Shown one piece after another: positions 31,481 to 40,303 of a stretch of DNA of 56,976 bases. The position numbers and the translations under genes were made by a program. How positions within the stretch are numbered: position 1 is the first letter of the stretch; each line of letters opens with the position of its first letter. The notes under the pieces were generated by a model. That model made no database searches. It was not told where the DNA came from and worked only from the letters and a program-made list of their open reading frames with translations. Source of the DNA: Savitreella phatthalungensis (lineage: Eukaryota); the NCBI GenBank assembly GCA_051599415.1, contig AP039710.1, forward strand, positions 186,001-242,976, read 5' to 3'.

Positions 31481-34252
31481 ATGTCGATCGAGCGTGCTCA
31501 GCGATGTATATCCTGGGCCTCGAGTCGTGGAGCAACGATCGAGAATGTGCGTGCAGGTGTCATTGACGGTCGAGGTACCTGTCTCGTCCGGGTGGAGACA
31601 GAGAAGGACGCCCGGATAGTTATTCCTGCCGACTTGCTGCTCTCCAAAGACAACATTCGTGCTTTCGCTGAAAGTCAGCCCGGCTTCAAAGAGCTTCTGA
31701 ATGAGTGGTCTTTCAAGGTCCCACTGACACACAAACGCACACTCCTCCTCTTCTTCGCATGGGATCGCCGGCACGGCAGTCCATGGTCCGAGTACACCGC
31801 TGCGCTCCCTGACAAGATCGATTCTCCCGTGTGGTGGGACGATGACGGGAGACTGCTGTTGGTCGGGACGACGGTCGAGGGTGTCGCAGAGGACAAGCGC
31901 GCCTTCACGGCTGCATGGCTCCGCGTACAGCAAGCGAGGCCTGAGGCTAGCGCCCTGACAAAGAGTATCAGTCTCGACGAGCTCCTCCACTACACACTCC
32001 TCATCGACTCGCGAGCACTGATGTCAAAGGAGGATGACGCAGTCATGGTGCCTGTCGTCGACTTTGCGAACCATTCGTCCGGGCGACCACCTGCTCCGGG
32101 TAGCCAGAACAGCGCGTGGGAGCACGACAGAGAGTCGGGAGAGTTTGTCCTCGCAACACTTCCGAATGTCGGAGGACAGGAGCTTCTGTTCTCGTACGGG
32201 AAGCGGTCCGCAGGTGAACTTCTCCTCAACTATGGTTTCATCGAGGGCAACGTCGGCCTTGACATGGTGCCTTCACGCTGCATCACACTCGATCTCAGCG
32301 GCGACGGCAACAACAACATTAGCAATTACTCCCGTGAGCCTTCACTCAGATTACACGACGATAGGCCGCCACTCGAGGACGTCGAGTCTGACTACATCTG
32401 GTACGCAATCGCCGAGCACATCCCTGAGCTCGATGTCGACCAAGCCCTATTCGCCGGCAAACCTTACGAGGATCTCAGAAGAGTGTTTGCGGAGTCCTCG
32501 AGGTGGCCTGTGTACCGCTTCCTGGCTGCCGTCCGAGCTCAGATCGCCGTCACCCAGCAAATCAAGCGACTTGACGAGACGGAGAATGACGAGCGGCTTT
32601 GCGACGCAGCGGGCCGCGTTCCCTCAGACGTCCTTACGACGGCTAATCGGGTGAGAGACGCAGAGCGCGCAGTGCTCGAGCTCAATTTGAGCGCTCTGGA
32701 CACGATGCGTGAGGAGCTCATGGACGTGCCTGAGGTGGTCGACTGGATGACTCGAAGAGCTTCGAGCGACATGAGATGCGACGAAGAGAGGTACAAAGGT
32801 CTGGTTCATCGTGTGGCAGACATTATGACCAGACACTACGTGGAATTACCAGGCGCCCGTATACAGCCGACCTCGAGCGCCATCCATGAGGGTGTCGCGT
32901 CTGTCGGGGAGGGCAAGAGCGCTGTCGGGGTTGAGGAGCTCGTCAGTCACCTCGAACGAGACATCCTGCCGGCTCTCGCGAACTATCCTGGCCCGCGCTT
33001 CTTCGGTTTTGTCACCGGAGGCAGCACGCCCGCGGCACAACTGGCCGACATGATTGTCACGGCTGCCGATCAGCACGTCCAGATGCACTCGCCGGAGCTA
33101 TCGATTGCGACGATTGTTGAGGATGCGGCCTTGTGCAGGGTTCTGGAGCTTCTGAAGCTGCAGTCGAGCGAGTGGCCAGGCAGGATTTGCACGACTGGCG
33201 CGACGGCCAGCAACATCCTAGGACTCGCATGCGCCCGCAACGCCGTCCTCGGCAGGGACGTCGGCGAGTACGGCTTCGACGGGAGATCCGTCCGAGTGAT
33301 CGCAGCAGGCGCACATGCGTCCCTGCGCAAGGCCGCAAGCATCGTTGGTATCGGACGACGTCACTGCATCGAGTGCACCAACGACGACTACAACATCGCC
33401 TTCGACCTCGACCGTCTCGACAGCATGCTTGCAGACAACAAAACCAAGTCGATCGGGTCGATTGTCGTCGCCTCATTTGGAGAAGTCAATACCGGGCTAT
33501 TTACGCCAGAGATGGAGAAAGTCAAGCGGCTGTGCGAGCGGCATGGTGCATGGCTGCATATTGATGCCGCATTTGCGGTCTTCGCAGGGCTGTGTGCGCC
33601 GATGGAGATGCTCCTCAGGGGTCTCGAGTACGCGGACTCTATCACGTGCGACGCCCACAAATGGCTGAACGTACCTTACGACTGCGGATTGTTCTTTACA
33701 AAGGATTTGAACGTGCTCAAGGACGTGTGTTCTGGCGGAGACTCGCCGTACCTGTCTTCCAGCATAGCCGACCGGGAAGATGGCCTGCCGTCACTCCCAA
33801 GTCCGATGGCTATCGGGCTGGAGAACTCGAGGCGATTCCGTGCGTTGCCACTGTACGCGAATTTGGTGGCGTACGGGAAGGATGGGCTGGCAGAGATGGT
33901 CAAACGCAACCTCATGTTTGCACGACAGATTGACCTGTTTCTCAGGACGGATTTTACGGCTTCTGCATTCTACGAGGTCCTCACGCCACCAGCAGATCGC
34001 CCACTTGGGCACCGGACCCAGAGACGCGAGCACGAAATGACGAACATCGTCCTCTTCACACCGAAGCAATCAACCAAGGTCGACGTCGATCAGTTTGTAG
34101 GCAAGATCAACGCACAAGGGCTGTGCTATGTCACGCCGACTACGTTCAACGGTCGACGGTGTATTCGAATCGCCGTGTCCAACTGGCGTACTGGCATTGA
34201 TGGCGACGGGGATCTTCAGCTGACGAAGCGTGCATTGATGGAAGCCATATGA
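31481..34252 (+). CDS. Fusion: SET-domain lysine methyltransferase (Rubisco-LSMT/Rkm-like) + group II PLP-dependent amino-acid decarboxylase
   Basis: N-half has GRG..L, SPWSEY..LP, IDSRA, PVVDFANHS and ELLFSYG..LLLNYGF. C-half has GPRFFGFVTGG, TTGATASNILGL, WLHIDAAF, DSITCDAHKWLNVPYDCG and RIAVSNWRT. One open frame, with an internal ATG at 32771. Confidence 0.85.
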   Translation: MSIERAQRCISWASSRGATIENVRAGVIDGRGTCLVRVETEKDARIVIPADLLLSKDNIRAFAESQPGFKELLNEWSFKVPLTHKRTLLLFFAWDRRHGSPWSEYTAALPDKIDSPVWWDDDGRLLLVGTTVEGVAEDKRAFTAAWLRVQQARPEASALTKSISLDELLHYTLLIDSRALMSKEDDAVMVPVVDFANHSSGRPPAPGSQNSAWEHDRESGEFVLATLPNVGGQELLFSYGKRSAGELLLNYGFIEGNVGLDMVPSRCITLDLSGDGNNNISNYSREPSLRLHDDRPPLEDVESDYIWYAIAEHIPELDVDQALFAGKPYEDLRRVFAESSRWPVYRFLAAVRAQIAVTQQIKRLDETENDERLCDAAGRVPSDVLTTANRVRDAERAVLELNLSALDTMREELMDVPEVVDWMTRRASSDMRCDEERYKGLVHRVADIMTRHYVELPGARIQPTSSAIHEGVASVGEGKSAVGVEELVSHLERDILPALANYPGPRFFGFVTGGSTPAAQLADMIVTAADQHVQMHSPELSIATIVEDAALCRVLELLKLQSSEWPGRICTTGATASNILGLACARNAVLGRDVGEYGFDGRSVRVIAAGAHASLRKAASIVGIGRRHCIECTNDDYNIAFDLDRLDSMLADNKTKSIGSIVVASFGEVNTGLFTPEMEKVKRLCERHGAWLHIDAAFAVFAGLCAPMEMLLRGLEYADSITCDAHKWLNVPYDCGLFFTKDLNVLKDVCSGGDSPYLSSSIADREDGLPSLPSPMAIGLENSRRFRALPLYANLVAYGKDGLAEMVKRNLMFARQIDLFLRTDFTASAFYEVLTPPADRPLGHRTQRREHEMTNIVLFTPKQSTKVDVDQFVGKINAQGLCYVTPTTFNGRRCIRIAVSNWRTGIDGDGDLQLTKRALMEAI

Positions 34253-34363
34253 ATTCTGATCTTAGCGGTGGATGTGCACGTGTATGTATCCGTAGACAGA
34301 TCAACCTCTACAAATTCTGACACGCGAGACACACCGTGCAACGTGAGTACCATGACTTGACGG

Positions 34364-35320
34364 ATGGGTGGGGACGAGGAGATCGTCTTCAAGGCTAGGG
34401 CTAGAGCTGGAGGTCGAGCGTCACGGAGGCGTGCAGAGGACGGCGTACGTGATGCGACAGAGGCTGAAGGTGATGGCGGAGGTGTCGTGAGGGCTGCCAA
34501 GGTTCGTCATTCGGCATTCAGTCGAACGAGCAAGCAGGCTCGAGACAAAATCGACCTGACCGCAGTAGGTGATATTGCGCCGCAGCCGGAGGCAGAACCA
34601 GGATCAGCGCTAGAGCATGCACCCGTGTCTGACGCAACATTATCACCTCGGCCTATCACATCACACGACCCACTCCTACACGTCCACGTTCAACCACAGA
34701 GCGAGACGACTAGCCTGGATACAGACTTTATACCTTTATCGATCGGGCGAGATCACCAGCGATCGAGAGGTGGAATAGGGTATGGGTCGGAGGAAGATGT
34801 CGAGGAGAAGGATGAGCGGGACGGGGAGGAGGATGATATACACGTGGATGAGGTAACGATGATGGTGGATGACGGGAGATTGGCTGTGGGTGAAGCCTCA
34901 CAGATGGTCGAGGAGCGGCGGCAGAGGGCAGAGGCTTCTGCGCTGGTTGATGAAGTGGAGGAGGAAGGTACGGACTCTGACGGGGAGGACTGGGAGACGA
35001 CGCAGCTCGAGAGGATCCTGGCTCGATCGGCGCCTCAGCAGTCACGCGAGACACTCGAGAGGAAGAGGCAGCTACGTAGGATCGAGCGCGACATTGCTAG
35101 AGAGATTCCAGATGTGGTCGAGGTCAGGAAACAGATCGAGGAAAGGCTAGGCGTGCTGAGAGACGAGATTGACGAGCACAAGAGATACAGGGAGAACCTG
35201 GAGGCGGATATCGAGGCTTACAAGGAGCGCGAAAAACAACTTGGTGTGGATCTCGGCAGATTAGCCGGAAAAGCTGCAGCGCACGTGAATGAGATCCACA
35301 GAAGAGATCACATAGTATAA
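34364..35320 (+). CDS. Acidic coiled-coil protein, possibly spliceosome-disassembly factor Ntr2-like
   Basis: IVFKAR N-terminus, DFIPLS, DGRLAVG, acidic tracts, DWETTQL and a C-terminal coiled coil. The family call is tentative. Confidence 0.55.
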   Translation: MGGDEEIVFKARARAGGRASRRRAEDGVRDATEAEGDGGGVVRAAKVRHSAFSRTSKQARDKIDLTAVGDIAPQPEAEPGSALEHAPVSDATLSPRPITSHDPLLHVHVQPQSETTSLDTDFIPLSIGRDHQRSRGGIGYGSEEDVEEKDERDGEEDDIHVDEVTMMVDDGRLAVGEASQMVEERRQRAEASALVDEVEEEGTDSDGEDWETTQLERILARSAPQQSRETLERKRQLRRIERDIAREIPDVVEVRKQIEERLGVLRDEIDEHKRYRENLEADIEAYKEREKQLGVDLGRLAGKAAAHVNEIHRRDHIV

Positions 35321-35789
35321 TATATAAGATGATCTGCAAATGTGTCTACTGTAGCTCTCTCTATTCGATCAGGAAATTTATGGACGATTCAGGTTTGCCG
35401 AGAGAGGTTCGTCAAGATTCAGTGGTCTGGCTATTGTTTGATTCTCTCTAAGTTTGATTATTCTGGCAATTAGTGGCGAGCACGGTAAAATCCTCGTGAA
35501 TGTTGTGGATGCGTGCGTATGTCTCGCTCGTGATTGATTCTGTGACCAGACAGACTTTGTGCATGATCGACTTGTGCGTGACCCGTGACTGGAAACTGGT
35601 GACTGCATGGTGCTGATGACTCGTGACTCGGGACTTGCCTCTCGTGCAAACAGAGATCATCAAGTGCAGAGTCGAGGCTTCGAAGTCTCTTGATCCACAC
35701 CACACCTGTCAGAATGAGGAAAAGAATGAGAGCAGAAAAAGAATAAGAAGAAGAGAAAACTAAGAGAACTTCTGATAAATGCATAATCA

Positions 35790-36569
35790 ACCTTGATGGT
35801 TATGGATCCGTGGAAGTGGGTCCAATCCAATTTGGCTTAATCAATCACATCGAGCAAAATCACCCGGAGCGAGCGATCACTGTCGAATATGTATGAGTAT
35901 CTATCAAACCTGCGCGGTCAAAATTGATCGACTGAATTCAGAAGAATCCATTCTACATATCTGATTTCTGTCAAAAAGCAGAAATCATCATCATCACCAT
36001 CATCTTCATCACCCTCAGATCAATTCACGAAGAAAAATCAAAAAACCACCAAGGTCTTCCTTCCTTCACTTCAATCAATCAAGCCCTGGACAGAGTAGAA
36101 CCTAAACTGTCGCTCACTCTTCAGGCGGCAGTCGGGAGTCAAAGTCCAGTCAACTGGCTCAAATTGAGTTAGTTCAACTGAGTCTGAAGTTCAGTTCAGT
36201 CCAGTACAGTGCAGTCCAGTGGTAGATACGCCATCCGCCACACGCTCAACCGCTCGGACAGAAAACCCCTTCTCGGAACCTGTTCTCTCTCAAATGACAA
36301 TCTACACAAGCTGCTCGTGGCAGAGGATCTTCCCAAATCATGCGCTACCATCTGCCCTTCAACTGCTTCCTTTACTGCTTGCTTTACTGCTTGCTTCACT
36401 GCTTGCTTCACTGCTTGCTGCTTTGACCCAGAACACACTCTACCCATGTGTCTTAAGTCGGAAGCACTTTACCGCCAATGTACACCAGGTACACACACTC
36501 ACCCACACACATCACACATACACACAAAGTGCTCGACCATCAGCACGCTTTACAAACAACCTTGGAGGT
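35790..36569. promoter_or_regulatory. Three zinc-response-element-like motifs upstream of the zinc transporter
   Basis: ACCTTGATGGT (35790-35800), ACCACCAAGGT (36045-36055; reverse complement ACCTTGGTGGT) and ACCTTGGAGGT (36559-36569). Each is 1-2 mismatches from the Zap1 ZRE ACCTTNAAGGT and contains the CAAGGT core on one strand. Confidence 0.55.
36362..36420. repeat. 12-bp tandem repeat (ACTGCTTGCTTY) x ~5
   Basis: Read directly; it produces the FTAC repeats in the spurious ORF 36209-37087. Confidence 0.8.
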
Positions 36570-37031
36570 CATACCATCTTTTTCTTCCTCGATATCTTCC
36601 ATCGAGGACCCGTATCTTCGGCTCAACCTTCTGGCCACAGACATGCGGTTCTTCAACTAATCAACTATTCAGCTTCCCAAGTCTCACTTCCTTACAGACC
36701 AGATCTATCACTGCGCAAGGGTCTCTTCCGGCCTTGCCACGCTACCCTAGTTTTTACTTATTCACGACCCTGACTGATCCTGGCGCTGACCTTGACCTCT
36801 ATCCTGACTCTGATCACGACCGAGACCACGTCCCTAGCAACGACGACCATCAAAGTCACGCAAAAAGGTCACACCCCCTGTATCACAACCACCGCCCACA
36901 ACCACAGCGGTTCCTTTTTCCTCTGGGTCAATTGTCGAGTGATCTTCCCAATACCTATATAACACTCTCTATCCCTACAATCTTCTTTCCTCCTCAAGCG
37001 ACATCTCTTCACCCTCGACCCTCTTCTCACA

Positions 37032-38273
37032 ATGGCAGACATGGCAGACATGGCAACTGCTATCGCAGATGTCACTCTCGGCGATGATAACTACACACTC
37101 GCTCAGAAGATCTGCTACCTCACAGGTGTAGACCAAGGCGGAAACGAATACGACGGCTCTTTCGGTGTGCGTCTCTCTGCACTCTTCGTCATCCTCGTCA
37201 CATCCTCAGCAACAACCTTCTTCCCGGTGCTCGCACGGCGAGTCCGCTGGCTGCGCATCAATCTGTGGGTATACCTCTTTGCACGATACTTTGGCGCAGG
37301 CGTGATCGTCGCAACAGCCTTCATCCATCTCCTAGACCCAGCCTACTCCGCCATCGGGCCAAACACCTGCGTCGGCGTCACAGCCGGATGGGATGAATAC
37401 TCATGGGTGCCTGGAATCGTCCTCACAACAGTCGTCGTCCTCTTCCTCATCGACTTCTCCGCACGTCTGTTCGTCGAGAAGAAGTACGGACTCACGGAGA
37501 ACCACGACTCCCACAACCCGGAAGCTCTCATCACGCGCCAGGCAGATGGCACCCACACCCACCTCGGTCACATTCACGGCGGCGACCACGAGCTAGGCAA
37601 CCTCACATCCTCCTCAGATGGTGCAGCCTTCACCGCCGGAGAAACTGCAGCCTTGTCGAATGGCAAGCGCGGATACGGTGCAGATTCACCCATCGTCAAG
37701 GCAAAGGACTCCCTGTCGGACGACGAGGACTCCATGGCCCCGCTCGAGGAGAAGATGTCTGAGGAGGCACTCGAGCAGTCGTACCTCCGCCAGATCACCG
37801 CCTTCTACATCCTCGAGTTTGGCGTCGTCTTCCACTCCGTCATCATCGGTCTCAACCTCGCAGTCGCAGGTTACGACGACTTCAAGACCCTCTACGTCGT
37901 CCTCGTCTTCCACCAAGGCTTCGAAGGTCTTGGAGTCGGTGCTCGTCTCTCTGCGATCCCCTTCCCACGAAGAGTCTCATACGTGCCGTGGCTTCTCTGC
38001 GCCGCCTACGGTCTCTGCACCCCGATCGCCATCGCCATCGGACTAGGACTCCGCACGACCTACGCACCGGACTCCTTCACAGCCCAGGTCGTCTCTGGCC
38101 TCTTCGACTCTGTGTCCGCCGGCATCCTCATCTACACGGGACTCGTCGAGCTTCTCGCCGCAGATTTCATCTTCAATCCGCACAGGACAAAGGACACGAA
38201 GCGCATTGTCTTCATGCTCGGCTGCGTCATCCTCGGTGCACTCCTCATGGCACTCCTCGGCAAGTGGGCATAA
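37032..38273 (+). CDS. ZRT1: ZIP-family high-affinity zinc transporter
   Basis: FARYFGAGVIVATAFIHLLDPA, a His-rich loop (HTHLGHIHGGDH), LEFGVVFHSVIIG, FHQGFEGLG and the MALLGKWA terminus. Confidence 0.93.
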   Translation: MADMADMATAIADVTLGDDNYTLAQKICYLTGVDQGGNEYDGSFGVRLSALFVILVTSSATTFFPVLARRVRWLRINLWVYLFARYFGAGVIVATAFIHLLDPAYSAIGPNTCVGVTAGWDEYSWVPGIVLTTVVVLFLIDFSARLFVEKKYGLTENHDSHNPEALITRQADGTHTHLGHIHGGDHELGNLTSSSDGAAFTAGETAALSNGKRGYGADSPIVKAKDSLSDDEDSMAPLEEKMSEEALEQSYLRQITAFYILEFGVVFHSVIIGLNLAVAGYDDFKTLYVVLVFHQGFEGLGVGARLSAIPFPRRVSYVPWLLCAAYGLCTPIAIAIGLGLRTTYAPDSFTAQVVSGLFDSVSAGILIYTGLVELLAADFIFNPHRTKDTKRIVFMLGCVILGALLMALLGKWA

Positions 38274-38322
38274 TTTTAAAGTTGGGAAGAGCCCGAGCTT
38301 TCTCACGTCCCATCATACTATA

Positions 38323-39834
38323 CTACACGAACACCTTTCCTAGTGCATAGAGACCTCGGCAAGCCGAATAGATTCCAATTGACGCAACTGAGACAACCAC
38401 CACGAGTGCCGTCACGTAGTGTTTCTCGATCCCGACAATTCCACCATCGCGTGACCTTCCCGATTTCCCGCCCGATTTGTAGGGGGAATGCTCAGTCAGC
38501 AGGCCTGGAACCCATTCGAGTGCGATGGTTGCACGACCGCCGAGTGCTCCACCTTCCTTGTCACCATCGACGATCACCTTGCGCAGGAGTCTCCTGACGC
38601 GGACCATCCTACGCGAGTCCACACCAGGCACAAACTTCCCGAGCAGATCCATCAAGAAGAAAAAGCTGATCTTGGCCACCACAGCCGCTCGAGCCACCAA
38701 CGGCGTCCCCACCGCGCCGCGATCCTCCTCTCCAGAATAACTCGGAAACAGCGCCAATTCCTCGTCCGTCATGTGCAGCGCCTCCCTGCAGTAATCTCGA
38801 CCGTGCAGGTACACCATGTGTGCTCTAATGTAGGCTGGTGTCAGGTAACTCGGAGGCTCGTGCGCGAGTGCTGCGATCGAGTTGTCCAAAAGGATCCTCG
38901 CGGGCGGGACCTTTCCAGCCTCAGTCTTCGCAGGCCAGACCTCCGCCAGCACGATGCTAAGCAGGAGCGCCTTTGCCTTATCCGCGCTGACAAAGTACGT
39001 ATCGTCCGCGCCGAGCAGGTATGCGATATACCGCCAAACATGAATATAGTCGTCCCTCTCCCGCCTTGTCAGTGTGACGCCCATCATCGGGAAGGCGTGA
39101 TCGATCAGTGTGCTGCTGAAGGAGCAGAGGGTCACGAGCTGGTGGAGCTGGTTGATGGGAACACCATTCTCCTCGACGTCGTAGTACGATGGATCCTTCT
39201 CACACCGCGCTAGCATCCGCGCGCGTACCTGTGCGTGTAGCACCCTCACGCGCACACTCGACTTCCATCCTTCCCCGCCCTCAGACACCCTGGCTACGCC
39301 ACCGCGGTCCGTGTACGTCACGCCAGGAGGCAGCAGAGACTCGAGTGACTCTAAGACGTCCAGCTCCCACTGCGTCGTCTGCAGTAGCCTCCGACGCGCA
39401 GATCTGACCCCAAACGAGCCGGTCCGGACGAGTACTTCGCTGATCCGGCGCGCACCGTATCCACCGAACAGCGAGTCAAATAATAATCCAGTAAACGCAG
39501 GGCCAGCGTACCTATAGAAGACGTCCTGTCCGCGTGCACACGCAGCCACATCCAACCAATCGGGCACTGTCCTCATCTGGTCCCACAGCTTTCGGCTGCT
39601 AGGACCCGTCGCCTGTGAGATCGCCTCGAATGCGTCATCCCCGGGATTCAACCCGAGCTCCAGGACGACCTCGTCAGCCAGGGTATCCGTCTGCGTCCGC
39701 ATCGGCGCCAGCTCGCTCGGCAGCCGGTGGTCCCGCGTCCAAACGTACGTGTGCGTCCATTGTCTGACCTTGTCACCGACCTCTGGAACCAGCCGGCATG
39801 CCTCCTCTTCCGACCTGACGTAATGTGTGACCAT
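38323..39834 (-). CDS. ER-bound oxygenase MpaB/Lcp-like (DUF2236) protein
   Basis: VPDWLD...RGQDVFYRY, RRLLQTTQW, GWKSSVRVRVLHAQVR, GVPINQ and WRYIAYLLG, with a C-terminal membrane anchor. Start set at the first ATG (39834). Confidence 0.85.
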   Translation of the reverse strand: MVTHYVRSEEEACRLVPEVGDKVRQWTHTYVWTRDHRLPSELAPMRTQTDTLADEVVLELGLNPGDDAFEAISQATGPSSRKLWDQMRTVPDWLDVAACARGQDVFYRYAGPAFTGLLFDSLFGGYGARRISEVLVRTGSFGVRSARRRLLQTTQWELDVLESLESLLPPGVTYTDRGGVARVSEGGEGWKSSVRVRVLHAQVRARMLARCEKDPSYYDVEENGVPINQLHQLVTLCSFSSTLIDHAFPMMGVTLTRRERDDYIHVWRYIAYLLGADDTYFVSADKAKALLLSIVLAEVWPAKTEAGKVPPARILLDNSIAALAHEPPSYLTPAYIRAHMVYLHGRDYCREALHMTDEELALFPSYSGEEDRGAVGTPLVARAAVVAKISFFFLMDLLGKFVPGVDSRRMVRVRRLLRKVIVDGDKEGGALGGRATIALEWVPGLLTEHSPYKSGGKSGRSRDGGIVGIEKHYVTALVVVVSVASIGIYSACRGLYALGKVFV

Positions 39835-40303
39835 GTGTGACTTTCTGTGTATTCCCGAGCACTCGTGATATCGTAATTTGGATCCCTCAAGGAAATTCGT
39901 GCATCCGTCTCGACTGTGGCCGATCGAGAAAGTAAAGCCTCGTACGCCCGTGCCTGTACAGTGTGAAGAAGACCGATGGCACACACACAATAACCTCTCC
40001 AAGGCTCTATCGAAGCCGCGTCAGCGCGTCGAGGAAGACACTTTCTTCGGCCCATGCATGCACGCCGGTCAATATGGAAATGTGAGATCTACGAGTAGAC
40101 TCACTAGCTTGCCAAGAGAGAGGCCAGAGGACTGTGCCGGCGGTACTCCCTATTAGGTCGCGGTCGCTTCCTGTAACCCTCGTCAAAGAATGGCGGGCGT
40201 CGTGGAGCGATGGCATCACCCAGGGAGGTCACATTCGCATTCACACCATTCGTCAAACTCATTCATCATAGCATTCATCATCTATCGTGTCTTTTTTGTC
40301 GGA

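Noticed and set aside
36209..37087. 292-codon ORF upstream of ZRT1
   Set aside because: Non-ATG start, runs through a 12-bp repeat and pyrimidine-rich UTR-like sequence, and has no domain.
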